Shown: positions 27,417 through 41,034, counted from the stretch's first letter. The stretch: 64,000 nucleotides of DNA from an uncultured virus (IMG/VR IMGVR_UViG_3300043774_001557) (IMGVR_UViG_3300043774_001557), one strand, 5' to 3'. Translations and numbers: made by a program. The notes: generated by a model from the sequence alone, not told the origin.

Positions 27417-28079
27417 ATGTCTCGCAAAAGGCGCGATCCTGAGGTGGAGGCCTTCGCGCGGCGCCCTCGGCCGCCCGGCGCTCTATTCGATGCTGAAAAT
27501 TGGTTTCGGCGCTTCATGCCGGCTGATGGTGTGGCCGAATGGGTTGAAGCCTGCCTGATGCGCGAAGGCTCCCCGCTCCATAACGCCGATCACCAGCATC
27601 TAAGGGACGCCGACATCGCCTACCTTTGGGCGAACCAGCAGAACACGAGCAAGATGCGCCGCGTCGTCGGCCAGTGCGAGGAAGTGACGTTTCGTTCCGG
27701 TGCGTGGCAGAAAGGGCGCCAAGAGCAGCAGATGGAAGAGTGGTTCGGGCGTGTCCCAACCTACCTCATTACGTTTGATGCGCGGTACGCCGCAGAGTGC
27801 TCCGATCTGGAGTGGTGCGCGCTTGTGGAGCATGAGCTTTACCACATAGCCCAGCGCACGGATGAATTCGGGGCGCCGGCCTTCACCCAGGATGGGTATC
27901 CCAAGTTGGGGCTGCGCGGGCACGACGTGGAAGAGTTCGTCGGCATTGTCAGGCGCTATGGCGCGGGTGCCGGTGCAGGCGATACGGCCAAGTTGGTTGC
28001 CGCCGCGCAGAGGGATCCAGAAATTGGGGCGCTCAACATCGCACAGGCTTGTGGGACGTGCCTACTGAGGGCCGCGTAG
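27417..28079 (+). CDS. Putative phage metallopeptidase
   Basis: HELYH (HExxH) and HDVEEF motifs. Confidence 0.8.
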   Translation: MSRKRRDPEVEAFARRPRPPGALFDAENWFRRFMPADGVAEWVEACLMREGSPLHNADHQHLRDADIAYLWANQQNTSKMRRVVGQCEEVTFRSGAWQKGRQEQQMEEWFGRVPTYLITFDARYAAECSDLEWCALVEHELYHIAQRTDEFGAPAFTQDGYPKLGLRGHDVEEFVGIVRRYGAGAGAGDTAKLVAAAQRDPEIGALNIAQACGTCLLRAA

Positions 28080-28110
28080 CTTTCCCTTCTCTTATACAGA
28101 ATTTCACATT

Positions 28111-28608
28111 ATGGCAACGCTCAATGATGACGTGAAGGCGTTCATCGTCCGGGCGCTGGCCTGCTTTGACGCCCCGACTGACGTTTGCCGTCAGGTGAAA
28201 GAGGAATTCGGCATCGAGGTCACGCGCCAGCAAGTCTCGGCGTATGACCCGAATCGGCGCATAGCGAAAGACCTCAGCGCAAAATGGCGTGCGGTTTTTG
28301 ATGAGACTCGAAAGAAGTTTCTCGACGACGTTTCGACCATCCCCATTGCCAACCAGGCGTTCCGTCTTCGCGCGTTGAATCGAATGTATGACCGTGTTCA
28401 AGGTCAGGGGAATATGGCGCTCGCCGCCCAACTCATTGAGCAGGCTGCCAAGGAATCGGGCGGGGCATTCACCAATCGCCGGGAGATGACCGGCAAGGAT
28501 GGGGCTCCACTGATCCCGCCCAAGAGCGCGCAGGACATGACTGATGACGAACTCGCCGCCTACATTGGAGCAAGCGGCGCAAGAGCTGTGGATTCGCCGC
28601 AGGGCTAG
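28111..28608 (+). CDS. terS: Terminase small subunit (DUF2280-like)
   Basis: FIVRALACFD.P, QQV..YDP, EQAAKE.GG.FTN; precedes terL. Confidence 0.85.
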   Translation: MATLNDDVKAFIVRALACFDAPTDVCRQVKEEFGIEVTRQQVSAYDPNRRIAKDLSAKWRAVFDETRKKFLDDVSTIPIANQAFRLRALNRMYDRVQGQGNMALAAQLIEQAAKESGGAFTNRREMTGKDGAPLIPPKSAQDMTDDELAAYIGASGARAVDSPQG

Positions 28609-30088
28609 AGAGGATGTTCTCTCGTACGCTCAAGCGATCGAGATTCCCGGCAAGCCCGCCGGCGAAGATCCGGACACCGAATTCTTCGAGCCCATCGAAA
28701 CCACGATGGCGCAACACCACCGCCTCATTCTTGAGACGATGGAGCGGGTCAGCAAGACTCCGCATGGGCGGGCGATGTTCTTCATGCCGCCCGGGAGCGC
28801 GAAGAGCACGTACGCATCAGTGGTGTTCCCGTCGCGCTATCTCGGTGCGGAGAAGAATCGCAAGGTCATTCTCGCCAGCTATGGCGACGACCTGGCTCGC
28901 AAGATGGGGCGCCGCACGCGCTCGATCATCAAGCAAAAGCGGTTCAAGGGGATCTACGGCTGCGAATTGACGACTGAATCGTCGGCCGCGCAAGAGTTCT
29001 CGCTGACAAACGGCAGCGAGTACATCGCGACCGGCATTCTGGGCGGGGTCACTGGTAACCGCGCCAACGGGATCATCATCGATGATCCGGTGAAGGGCCG
29101 CGAACAGGCGGATTCGCCGACGATCCGTGACAAGACGTGGGATGCCTATAACGACGACCTGAAGACACGCCTGATTCCTGGCGGGTGGGTCGTTCTTATC
29201 CAGACGCGCTGGCACGAAGATGATCTAGCCGGCCGCATCCTTCCCGAAGACTGGAAGGGCGAAAGCGGCCCAATCCTGTGCCGCGACGGAAACGTCTGGG
29301 AAGTCGTCTGCCTGCAAGCGCGATGCGAGGTCCAGAACGACCCGCTCGGACGGAAGATCGGTGAGTACCTGTGGCCGCAGTGGTTCACAGAGAAACACTG
29401 GGCGCAGTTTCAGAACAACGTCCGCACGTGGGCGTCGCTCTATCAGCAGTTGCCGCGCCCGCTTGAGGGCACGCTGTTCAAGGTCGAAAACATGCTGGTC
29501 GATGGCCAGCCTGTTCCGATGCCGAATGGGTGCGATGTGGTCTTTGCGGTGATCGACTCGGCTTTGAAGGTAGGCGATAAGAACGATGGAACGGCCGTCA
29601 CGTATGTGGCGCGCAACAAGTTCTTTGGACATCCGTTGACCATCATTGACTGGGATATCACGCAGATCGAATCCGATTTGATTGCGGATTGGTTCCCGTC
29701 TGTCATTGCGCGACTCGTCGAGCTCGGGAAGCTGACAGGCGCCCGAATGGGCGTGATCGGCGCCTTCGTGGAAGACAAAGGAAGCGGCATCACTTTGCTT
29801 CAGCGCGCGACTCGCAATGGCTGGCCCGCTCATGCCATCGACAGCAAGCTCACCTCAATGAGCAAGGACGCTCGCGGGACGGGCGTGTCCGATTTCGTGC
29901 ATCACGGCAAAGTCAAGATCGCCGACCACGCCTACAACAAGGTTCTGGAATACAAGGGCCGCACCCAAAACCATCTGCTAACCCAAGTATTCGGATATCG
30001 CCTTGGCGTGCCGAACCAATCGGACGATTTGTACGACACGACGGTCTATAGCATCGCCATCGGATTGGGTGATTCGGAAGGACTGTAA
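28544..30088 (+). CDS. terL: Terminase large subunit
   Basis: MPPGSAKS Walker A, IIIDDP Walker B, QTRWHEDDL, nuclease acidic residues. Confidence 0.95.
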   Translation: MTNSPPTLEQAAQELWIRRRAREDVLSYAQAIEIPGKPAGEDPDTEFFEPIETTMAQHHRLILETMERVSKTPHGRAMFFMPPGSAKSTYASVVFPSRYLGAEKNRKVILASYGDDLARKMGRRTRSIIKQKRFKGIYGCELTTESSAAQEFSLTNGSEYIATGILGGVTGNRANGIIIDDPVKGREQADSPTIRDKTWDAYNDDLKTRLIPGGWVVLIQTRWHEDDLAGRILPEDWKGESGPILCRDGNVWEVVCLQARCEVQNDPLGRKIGEYLWPQWFTEKHWAQFQNNVRTWASLYQQLPRPLEGTLFKVENMLVDGQPVPMPNGCDVVFAVIDSALKVGDKNDGTAVTYVARNKFFGHPLTIIDWDITQIESDLIADWFPSVIARLVELGKLTGARMGVIGAFVEDKGSGITLLQRATRNGWPAHAIDSKLTSMSKDARGTGVSDFVHHGKVKIADHAYNKVLEYKGRTQNHLLTQVFGYRLGVPNQSDDLYDTTVYSIAIGLGDSEGL

Positions 30089-30121
30089 CGGCTGCTTTTG
30101 TGGCCGCACTAAAGCGACCAT

Positions 30122-31543
30122 ATGAGCGACAACAGCACCATCGTAATCCCGGGCTCTGCGCTCGGGACGGCTCTGACCGATCTGCTGATGGCCGACGAAA
30201 TGGAGCCGGGCTCCGATGTCAGCTATCAGCTCGCCAAGATCCTTTATCTCTACCATCCGCTTGGCGCCAAGATGGCCGAGTTGCCGGTTGAGATGGCGAT
30301 GAGCCAGCCGCGAACCATCACGATTCCGGGTTCTCCTGAATCGACGGTCAGGGAGGCATTCGAGCGCGAATGGGCCGCACTTAATGCGAACGCTCTGATC
30401 TTCCAGACGAAGACGCTCTCCCGCATCTATGGGGTGGCCTCCCTCGCATATGGCGCCGAAGGGGTGCCGACTGATCGCCCGATCGACCCGAAGGATTTGC
30501 CGAGCCTTGATGTCTATTTCAATACGCTCGACCCGCTGAACACGGCCGGTAGTCTCGTCCTGAATCAGGACCCGAATGCACCGGACTTTCTGAAGCACGC
30601 AGCGATTGCGGTATCAGGAAAACCATACCACCGGTCACGCGCCGTCGTGGTGATGAACGAAAACCCGGTCTATCTCGGGTATTCGAATTCAGCGTTTGGC
30701 TATGTCGGCCGCTCGGTCTATCAGCGTGCGCTTTTCCCGCTGAAGTCGTTCGTTCAGTCGATGATCACCGATGATCTGGTGACGCTCAAAGCGGGCTTGC
30801 TGATCGCCAAGATGAAGGGTGCGGGCAGCATCGTTGACAACCTGATGCTGTCGCTGGCCGGTAACAAGCGGCAAATGATCAAGGAGGCGCAGACCGGCAA
30901 TGTTCTGAATATCGATATCGCGGAAGACATCGAGACGCTGAACATGCAGAACACCGACGTCGCCATGACGACGGCGCGCAAGAACATCATCGAGAACATC
31001 GCCTCGGCGGCGAGAATGCCGGCGAAGTTGCTGTTGTCGGAATCCTATGCCGAGGGATTCGGCGAGGGATCGGAAGACGCGAAGGACATCGCGCGGTACA
31101 TCAGTGGCGTCCGCAAGGATATGCAACCGCTGTATGACTTCTTCGATCCGATCGTCATGCATCGGGCATGGAATCCTGAGTTCTACAAGACCATTCAGGA
31201 CCAGTTCCCGGAATACAAGAAGATCCCATACAACCGCGCTCTGTACGACTGGAAGAACGCCTTTCATGCTGAGTGGCCGAATCTTCTGGAAGAGCCCGAG
31301 TCGGAAAAGGCCAAGGGCGAAGATGTCAAGCTGAAGGCCATCATTGCGATGGTCGAAGTCATGTTGCCGCAGATGGACCCCGAGAACAAGGCGACTCTGC
31401 TGGACTGGGCTGCGTCAAACTTCAACGAGTGCAAAGCGCTGATCCAGCACCCGCTGCTGCTTGATATTCAGGCGCTGATTGATTACACGCCACCCCAACC
31501 GGTCGATCCTGTAGAGCCAAAGCCGTTCTCATCGGAGGCGTAA
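30122..31543 (+). CDS. Portal protein (DUF1073-like)
   Basis: Position after terL, size, SRIYG and GFGEG motifs. Confidence 0.8.
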   Translation: MSDNSTIVIPGSALGTALTDLLMADEMEPGSDVSYQLAKILYLYHPLGAKMAELPVEMAMSQPRTITIPGSPESTVREAFEREWAALNANALIFQTKTLSRIYGVASLAYGAEGVPTDRPIDPKDLPSLDVYFNTLDPLNTAGSLVLNQDPNAPDFLKHAAIAVSGKPYHRSRAVVVMNENPVYLGYSNSAFGYVGRSVYQRALFPLKSFVQSMITDDLVTLKAGLLIAKMKGAGSIVDNLMLSLAGNKRQMIKEAQTGNVLNIDIAEDIETLNMQNTDVAMTTARKNIIENIASAARMPAKLLLSESYAEGFGEGSEDAKDIARYISGVRKDMQPLYDFFDPIVMHRAWNPEFYKTIQDQFPEYKKIPYNRALYDWKNAFHAEWPNLLEEPESEKAKGEDVKLKAIIAMVEVMLPQMDPENKATLLDWAASNFNECKALIQHPLLLDIQALIDYTPPQPVDPVEPKPFSSEA

Positions 31544-34209
<2,666 letters not shown>

Positions 34210-34211
34210 GC

Positions 34212-35090
34212 ATGAGCAACTTCGTCTCGTTTAACCCGATGCTGACGACGAACGCCGCAGGCTCGTTCTCCGTCCAGTCGGAAGGCTACGTCCAGGGCAA
34301 CGCCCTCGATGATCCGGCGATCCGTTATCAGCTGATGAACGGCGTGCTGGCGCAAACCGAATCGCTCCCGATGTGGGGCGGTGTCCCGATCTTCGAGAAC
34401 ATCCCGAACCCGGGCTTCGGCAACATCACCGGCCCGAACGTGGGTCGCTCGACGTCGATCGCCACCATCCAGGGCTTCTCGGTGTTCAACCAGGGCCATG
34501 CAATGGTCAACTGGCCGCAGAACAAGGTGCCCATCGTCGGCCAGGGCGGCACGGTGCCGTTCTTCCGCATGGGATCGAATGCGCGCATCCCGGTTGCCTG
34601 CGATCCGTCGCTGGTGTCGCTGCAAGGCGGCCTGACGTCCCAACAGGTCTCGTGGGACTTCAACAACAACGTCCTGCAGCCGTACAACGCCAGCACAGCC
34701 ACGGTGTCTGTCACTTCGGTGACGTCGACGTTCGCGAATGGTGTCTACACGTTCGCTGTCGTCGCTGCTGCCGCAACGACTGTCGGCGCGGTGGGTGACA
34801 CCATCAACCTGAGCGGCGTGACGGGCACGGGCGCTGCACTCGTGAACGGTAACCAGACCGTCACCGCATTCACCGACAACCAGCACTTCAGCTTCCAGAT
34901 CACGGCGGCGAGCGGCGCGATTGCAACGGGCGCACTGACGGGCACGATCGTGCTGAATGAAGGCACGGGCGCGCTTCCGGTGAAGGTACTGGAAATCAAC
35001 AAGGGCAACAGCAAGACCGTTCTGTGGAACGCGAACCTGCTGACGGCCAACTGGCTTAACACGGGCACCACTGCCCTGATCCAAATCTAA
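34212..35090 (+). CDS. Capsid decoration/cement protein
   Basis: Between scaffold and capsid genes; beta-rich. Confidence 0.65.
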   Translation: MSNFVSFNPMLTTNAAGSFSVQSEGYVQGNALDDPAIRYQLMNGVLAQTESLPMWGGVPIFENIPNPGFGNITGPNVGRSTSIATIQGFSVFNQGHAMVNWPQNKVPIVGQGGTVPFFRMGSNARIPVACDPSLVSLQGGLTSQQVSWDFNNNVLQPYNASTATVSVTSVTSTFANGVYTFAVVAAAATTVGAVGDTINLSGVTGTGAALVNGNQTVTAFTDNQHFSFQITAASGAIATGALTGTIVLNEGTGALPVKVLEINKGNSKTVLWNANLLTANWLNTGTTALIQI

Positions 35091-35099
35091 GGGGCAAAA

Positions 35100-36116
35100 A
35101 TGGCTAACGTTGCATCCAGTTACGTCATCCAGAACCCGTCGTACATCGTCCCCGAAATCCTGACGCAGTATCAACAGGCTTCCGGCGCGTTCGAAGTGCT
35201 GGCGGGCGGCGATCCGATGGTTCGCCTGAGTGATGGCGATCTGCAGGTCTACATCAAGCATCTCGACATTCGCACGAAGGTCGGTGCCGGACAATCGGCC
35301 GGCAACCTCCTGCCGGGCGTGTCGGTGACGAATGACATGATTTCGACGCCGACGTATCTGCTCCGCGTGCGCGCTGAGTACGATCACCATGACACGGCCG
35401 CCATGGGCCGCTGGGGCATCTCGATCGTCGAGGCTCAGCGCCTCGGCATGCGTCAGGGCATCTTCCAGCAGCTCCGCGGCGGTCTGCTGCAGGGCTTCAC
35501 GCCGGCCAACGGCGAAGGCCTGCTCAACACGCAGGGCGCGACGACGCTAAACCTGCCGGCCGACTCGAACGGCAACACCACCATCAGCACCTACGATAGC
35601 GGCCAGCTGGCTCAGTTCATCCTGAACCAGATCGCTGCCGCCAAGGTGCGCACGATGCAAGTCGGTATCCCGCTGCGCGTGACGGTCCTGACCACGCAGC
35701 GCGTCATGACGCAGCTTGCGTATCAGATCGTTCAGCTGGTGCAATTCCAGCGTCCGGGCGCAGGTTCGGGTTCTCCGGGCGTGGTGGTCGATACCGCCGC
35801 GGGCTGGAACGGCGACGAGATCGTGTGGGTGACCGATGACACTCTCATCGGCCAAGGCGCGGGCGGCACGGACGTGATCATGATCACGATCCCGGAAGTC
35901 AAGAAGCCGATCGCGCACAAGCTTAACACGAACGAGTTCTCGAAACTCACCCCCGGCTTGGCGGCCTGCAACCTGCAGTACATGGACATGGCCGCTCCCC
36001 GCGAATTGCCGTGCCCACTGCCGGGTGGCGCAATCGACATCACGTCGGAACTGCGCGCGACGTCGGGCTGGGCGGTTCGCCCCGAGGCTCTGACCATCAT
36101 CTCAGCCGGCTACTAA
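35100..36116 (+). CDS. Major capsid protein
   Basis: 338 aa, strong codon bias, position, followed by terminator. Confidence 0.8.
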   Translation: MANVASSYVIQNPSYIVPEILTQYQQASGAFEVLAGGDPMVRLSDGDLQVYIKHLDIRTKVGAGQSAGNLLPGVSVTNDMISTPTYLLRVRAEYDHHDTAAMGRWGISIVEAQRLGMRQGIFQQLRGGLLQGFTPANGEGLLNTQGATTLNLPADSNGNTTISTYDSGQLAQFILNQIAAAKVRTMQVGIPLRVTVLTTQRVMTQLAYQIVQLVQFQRPGAGSGSPGVVVDTAAGWNGDEIVWVTDDTLIGQGAGGTDVIMITIPEVKKPIAHKLNTNEFSKLTPGLAACNLQYMDMAAPRELPCPLPGGAIDITSELRATSGWAVRPEALTIISAGY

Positions 36117-36137
36117 GTCGGTCTTGCAGTAAGCGAA

Positions 36138-36163
36138 TAAAGGGCGCCAATGGCGCTTTTTTT
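36138..36163 (+). terminator. Terminator after capsid gene
   Basis: GGGCGCCA/TGGCGCTT stem plus T7. Confidence 0.7.
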
Positions 36164-36171
36164 ACGTCTGT

Positions 36172-36284
36172 GCTGCGGCTAGGTTCCGGAACCGAAAGCT
36201 CGCCCCCTGTGCGAGTTGCCGCAGCCCTTCATACAGGGAAACAAGGGCCTCTCGGGGCCCTTTCTTTTTTACAGGGAACCAAGC
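36172..36284 (+). promoter_or_regulatory. Three-way-junction leader RNA, copy 1
   Basis: GCTGCGGC-TAGG..CCGAAA-hairpin(loop CCCCTGT)-GCCGCAGC; ACAGGG at 36233 and 36271. Confidence 0.6.
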
Positions 36285-36779
36285 ATGTCCAAGCTCTACA
36301 TCGCAAACTGCACCCGCCAACGCCATGAATTCATGTACCGCGCGCCGGAGCAGAAGAATCCGATCGTTCAGGTCATCGATATCGGCCAGCAGATCATGGT
36401 GTGGAAGGATGCATCGAAAGACGAACTCAACATCATCGTCGAGCAGCATGAGCATTACGGCCTGATCAACGTCGCGAACATCGATCGTTCGAAGTTCTTC
36501 GTCGGCATGTGCTACCAGTACGACAAGCCGATCGATGTGAGCAAGATCATGTACACGGTCGAGAACAATGACACGGTGCTCGAAGAGCGCGCACTTGAGG
36601 CGCGCAAACAGGCGGCCGCTGTCATCAGTCATTCGCTGAGCCAAGTCGCGCAGGACGCCGGCAACTCGCTGGGCAATGTGGACGTGGAGATCAAGGAACT
36701 GGCACAGCCTGGCAAGGAAGCGAACTTCGCTGAGACCATCACTGTGCAGCGCGGGAGTGGCAAGCGTAGGGGCAACTGA
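36285..36779 (+). CDS. Phage structural-region hypothetical protein
   Basis: SD AGGGA, MSKLYIANC start. Confidence 0.7.
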   Translation: MSKLYIANCTRQRHEFMYRAPEQKNPIVQVIDIGQQIMVWKDASKDELNIIVEQHEHYGLINVANIDRSKFFVGMCYQYDKPIDVSKIMYTVENNDTVLEERALEARKQAAAVISHSLSQVAQDAGNSLGNVDVEIKELAQPGKEANFAETITVQRGSGKRRGN

Positions 36780-37255
36780 TGACCGTCAACGTCACCGACT
36801 ACACAACGTTCATCCAGCAGACGATGGGGATTCCGGTGGCGGCATTGCCGGCGAATTCCCCCTTCATTCTGCAGACGCTCGCGCTCGCGCAGGAGATTGT
36901 CAATCCCGCGCTTCAAACCATCGGAGCGCCGAGCGGAGCGACGAACCTTGGTTATACCGGCCCAGGTATCTACGAGCTGGCCGTGTACAACCTGGCCGGT
37001 GACATGCTGATCAATTTCGCGACTGATCAGTCCGGGCAGACGTTCTTTGCGACTGCACGCACGAATTACGGCATCAACTCATTCGTGGCCGGCGTGATTG
37101 GCTCTAGCGCAGATGAAACGACATCGGAATCGCTGGTCGTGCCAGAGGCGATGAAGAATCTGACGCTTCAGAATCTTCAGAACTTGAAGACTCCGTACGG
37201 GCGTCAATACCTTTACTTCGCGCAGGCCTTTGGGACGAACTGGGGATTGTCATGA
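36779..37255 (+). CDS. Head-tail adaptor (DUF4054-like)
   Basis: KTPYGRQYL motif, position. Confidence 0.65.
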   Translation: MTVNVTDYTTFIQQTMGIPVAALPANSPFILQTLALAQEIVNPALQTIGAPSGATNLGYTGPGIYELAVYNLAGDMLINFATDQSGQTFFATARTNYGINSFVAGVIGSSADETTSESLVVPEAMKNLTLQNLQNLKTPYGRQYLYFAQAFGTNWGLS

Positions 37256-37740
37256 AACTGGTACTCGGCGTGATCGACATTCCATATCAGAATCCGCCGA
37301 GCCAGAAGAGGATTCCACAGGCGAAGAAAGGAAAGGCCAATAAGCCGATCCACGCCGTCAGCCCCACCGAGCAGACGACTGGCGATGTCGCCGTCTGGCT
37401 TGAGGAAGAGTATCTGGTGATGGAGCGCTTTGTGGACCTCCATCGCCAGGAAATCATCCAGGCGATTGAAAACTCGGTGGCCGGCTCCTTGGAGAGTTTG
37501 ATGATGGGCGCCCCGGCCTCATTCAATCCATTCGGATCAGCCGCGAGCGAGATTGAAACCTTGTTCAAGTTCACCTATCTGGACAAGGAAGAAATCACCA
37601 AGACTGGAGCAACTGGTGTTCCGACTGAGGCGGCCTTGAAAGGAGTGAATCATCGGCTGAAGGCTGGCAAAGGCCCGCGTCGTCCGTCGTTCGTCGATAC
37701 GGGCCAATATCAGGCGACCATGAAGGTCTGGACGGAGTGA
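37252..37740 (+). CDS. Neck / tail completion protein
   Basis: RPSFVDTGQY motif. Confidence 0.65.
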   Translation: MKLVLGVIDIPYQNPPSQKRIPQAKKGKANKPIHAVSPTEQTTGDVAVWLEEEYLVMERFVDLHRQEIIQAIENSVAGSLESLMMGAPASFNPFGSAASEIETLFKFTYLDKEEITKTGATGVPTEAALKGVNHRLKAGKGPRRPSFVDTGQYQATMKVWTE

Positions 37741-37741
37741 G

Positions 37742-38740
37742 ATGCCAAGCATAACTGAAACCTCATCCGCCACCGGACAACTTGCGGCAGGCCTGGAAGC
37801 TGGTGTCAATACGCTGGATAACCAGCAGACCGTCACCTTCACGAAGTATGTGCGCCTCGTCCTGCCGCTGGATGGATTCGTTTTCTGGGTGCGCGCCGAT
37901 CTTTTGAGCGCATCCGCCTTGTTCAATGCGGCGAGATTCAATGCAGTAGCCTATAACGCGGCATCAAAGATTATCACGCCCGCGCCGACGGTTACCGTCC
38001 AAGGGTCGCTGCATTACTCGACACAGCGAGATCAGCTCGAAGACGAGACGATCGACGTCAATCGCGTCGTGTTCACGGCGTTGCAGCCGATCGACGAGTT
38101 CAATGAGGTTGGCGAAAACGTCATGTTCATCGGGACGTTTAATGGCGTCCGCTTCAGCTTTAGTCAGCGAAAGTCGTTTTACCAACAGGCGCAACTGAAT
38201 CACTACTGGGGCGATGCAGTCTATCCCGCGTTGGCTTCGCAGATCATCGATAACGTTGCGGCGCTAAATAGCGACCTAATTGTATCGAATAGCCTTCCGA
38301 TCTGGCTGATGCTGACGCAGTTCATGCCGATGTATCCGTCGTTTCTGGTGCCGCAGGACATCTATCCGCCTTATGCGTCGGTTCATATTGACCAGACGGA
38401 GGCAATTGGTGCGGCGCCCTTGCTTGACTCCACGATGACGCATACCCAACTGGCCTGGGATCGCGCCAAGATCACGATGTACGGGATGAACAACCAGCAG
38501 GCCCTGGATTTTCAGGACTACGTGTTTCAGTACATCAGCAACAATGAAAATGCGATCGGCCTTCGAAACATGCCCGTCATCCGCGACGAAAAACGGACCC
38601 AGACAGAACTTGGCGTGATCGCCATGAAGAAGACATTTGACATCGAAGTCAATTACTACCAGACGCGCATCAACAACCTGGCCAGACAGTTCATTCAGTC
38701 CGCAATCCCGACTTTCATAGTCTCGCCCGATCCGCACTAA
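37742..38740 (+). CDS. Head-closure/tail-terminator type structural protein
   Basis: Position only. Confidence 0.6.
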   Translation: MPSITETSSATGQLAAGLEAGVNTLDNQQTVTFTKYVRLVLPLDGFVFWVRADLLSASALFNAARFNAVAYNAASKIITPAPTVTVQGSLHYSTQRDQLEDETIDVNRVVFTALQPIDEFNEVGENVMFIGTFNGVRFSFSQRKSFYQQAQLNHYWGDAVYPALASQIIDNVAALNSDLIVSNSLPIWLMLTQFMPMYPSFLVPQDIYPPYASVHIDQTEAIGAAPLLDSTMTHTQLAWDRAKITMYGMNNQQALDFQDYVFQYISNNENAIGLRNMPVIRDEKRTQTELGVIAMKKTFDIEVNYYQTRINNLARQFIQSAIPTFIVSPDPH

Positions 38741-38767
38741 GCGGCCTCACAAGCAGCGCAACCCATC

Positions 38768-38793
38768 ACCCGCCTTGAGCGGGTTTTTCTTTT
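38768..38793 (+). terminator. Intrinsic terminator
   Basis: ACCCGC-CTTGA-GCGGGT plus T-run. Confidence 0.7.
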
Positions 38794-38808
38794 CTAGGAC
38801 CCGAAATC

Positions 38809-39177
38809 ATGCCTCAAGGCGCTCTTCAAGCAAACGTCGCAACCAATCCGTCTCTCGCTCGCGCTCCTCTGACCGTGGATGCGTCCGGCAATCTTCTGAC
38901 CGGCAGCGGTTCGCTCAGCAAGCTGAACCAGACCGGCACCTTTCTGGTGAAGGGTTCGGCCGGCCGTATCTGCAAGATCAATGTGGTAGGCGGCACAGCC
39001 GCGGCGCTCGTCGTCAATGACGTGGCCACCACTGGCGGCGTGGCGACCGCCAACATCGTCGCGTCTTTGACCTCTGCGCAAGCAGCAGTCGGCACAACGA
39101 TCCCCCTGGACTTCCCTTGCCTGGCGGGCATTGTCGTGCAAGCAGGTACGGCAGTAGTCGCTGTGTCGTTCGACTAA
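38809..39177 (+). CDS. Small virion protein
   Basis: SD AGGA, beta-rich. Confidence 0.65.
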   Translation: MPQGALQANVATNPSLARAPLTVDASGNLLTGSGSLSKLNQTGTFLVKGSAGRICKINVVGGTAAALVVNDVATTGGVATANIVASLTSAQAAVGTTIPLDFPCLAGIVVQAGTAVVAVSFD

Positions 39178-39187
39178 GGAATAAGCC

Positions 39188-40567
39188 ATGGCAAATCCCA
39201 TCGTCCAGGTCAATGTAACGCAGACGATCGCCCCGGCGCCGTCTACGCTACAGAAGACCGGCGTATTCATTTCCCAGGGCGGCACGAGTCTGGCAAAGAA
39301 CGCCAGCAAGCTGTTGACACAGATGTCGGACCTCACGTCCGTCCTAGCCGGCGCCATCACCATCTCGACCATGACCTGGGCGAGCAGCGTGGTAACGGTT
39401 ACGACCGCGACTCCGCACGGCTTTCCCAACGGCGACACGATTGGCGTTGTAATTGCTGGTGTCACCCCGGCTGGCTATAACGGCTCTTTCAACGCGACCA
39501 TTACCGGCGCGTCGACCTTCACCTATCCGCTCGTCAGCAACCCGGGCTCGGTGACAGTGCAGGGCACCGTGACCGATTCGGATGTTGCTGAGCTGACCGC
39601 CATGGGCACGACGTTCTTTGCCCAAGGCAGCAACGTCAATGTGTACGTGCTGGAGCTTGGCCCGGGTACGCCCGCGGAAGGCGTAACGGCCCTGACGGCG
39701 TACATGATTGCCAATCCGCTGCAGTTCTACTCGTATCTGGTGCCGCGCGAGTGGGGTTCGGAGCCGACGTTCCCCGCGCTGATCGCGAGCTACGAGGCCA
39801 CGACGGCGAAGCAATATTTCTTCGTCACGGTCACGCAAGCGAACTACACGAACTTCACCGCCCTGATGAAGAACGTGTTCATGCTGATCGAGGCGCCGAC
39901 GATCCCGGCAACAGAATTCACGCTCGCGTCCACGTTCTACAAGACGCTGAGCTACAGCCCGAGTTCGACCAACAAGGTCGGCCCGCTGTGCTTCTCGTAC
40001 ATGGTCGGTGTGACGCCTTACCCGACGCTGGGCAATTCGTCTCTGCTGACCACTCTCAAGGCAGCGAACGTCAACTACATCGCGACCGGCGCAGAGGGCG
40101 GCATCAGCAACACGATGCTCGTCTGGGGAACGATGTGCGATGGCAACCCGTTCAACTATTGGTACTCGGTTGACTGGATGCAGATCAACGTCGATCTGAA
40201 CATCGCCAACGAGATCATCAACGGGTCGAACAATTCGCTGGCGCCGCTGTACTACGACCAGAACGGCATTGACCGCCTGCAGATCCGGTCGCAGAGCATC
40301 GCGGGGCAGGGTGTCGCCAATGGCCTTGCGCTGGGGCCGGTGAATGCCGTGGCGATGGCATCCGCAGATTTCATCGCGTACCTGACGGGCGGCACCGCAC
40401 CGATCGGCGTCATCGTCAATGCGGTTCCGTTCGCCTCGTACACGAAGCTGAATCCGAGCGACTACTCCATCGGGAAGTATGGTGGCCTGTCGATCGCGTA
40501 CACGCCGGCACGCGGCTTCACGACGATTGTTTTCAACATCAACGTGAGCCAGTTCGTTCAGGTCTAA
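39188..40567 (+). CDS. Tail sheath protein
   Basis: WY.VDW.QIN, Y.QNGI..L C-terminal sheath pattern; 459 aa. Confidence 0.75.
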   Translation: MANPIVQVNVTQTIAPAPSTLQKTGVFISQGGTSLAKNASKLLTQMSDLTSVLAGAITISTMTWASSVVTVTTATPHGFPNGDTIGVVIAGVTPAGYNGSFNATITGASTFTYPLVSNPGSVTVQGTVTDSDVAELTAMGTTFFAQGSNVNVYVLELGPGTPAEGVTALTAYMIANPLQFYSYLVPREWGSEPTFPALIASYEATTAKQYFFVTVTQANYTNFTALMKNVFMLIEAPTIPATEFTLASTFYKTLSYSPSSTNKVGPLCFSYMVGVTPYPTLGNSSLLTTLKAANVNYIATGAEGGISNTMLVWGTMCDGNPFNYWYSVDWMQINVDLNIANEIINGSNNSLAPLYYDQNGIDRLQIRSQSIAGQGVANGLALGPVNAVAMASADFIAYLTGGTAPIGVIVNAVPFASYTKLNPSDYSIGKYGGLSIAYTPARGFTTIVFNINVSQFVQV

Positions 40568-40577
40568 GGGATAAAAC

Positions 40578-41027
40578 ATGGCAACTTCCAACCCCATGAT
40601 CCCGCAAGGGACATTGAACCGGCTACGCGGAAGCGTCAAGTTCGTCAGCAACCCGCAGCTCAACGTCACAGCGAGCTATCTAGTCAAGGATGGGATCGAG
40701 ATCGCACTCGAGGGCGAAGCCACCACGGTTATCCCGACGATGGTCGGCGTGGTGACGAGTCCAGATCCGTACATGATCGCCGCGGTGACGATCAACATCC
40801 TGAAGACGAATGGCCTGGCGGCGACATACAAGTCGCAGATGGAAAACTCGACCGTCATCGGCGATATCGTCATCACGCCCGACACGTCAGCGCTCCCGAC
40901 GTACTACGTCAACAACGCATCCATCGTTGATGTGCGCCCGATGAAGATCAATGGCGAAGAGGCCGGCTGGTCGATCACGCTGCGCGGCTACTACAACATC
41001 AACAACACGTTGTGGAGTCTGCTGTAA
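40578..41027 (+). CDS. Tail tube protein
   Basis: 149 aa directly after sheath. Confidence 0.7.
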   Translation: MATSNPMIPQGTLNRLRGSVKFVSNPQLNVTASYLVKDGIEIALEGEATTVIPTMVGVVTSPDPYMIAAVTINILKTNGLAATYKSQMENSTVIGDIVITPDTSALPTYYVNNASIVDVRPMKINGEEAGWSITLRGYYNINNTLWSLL

Positions 41028-41034
41028 CGCTTAT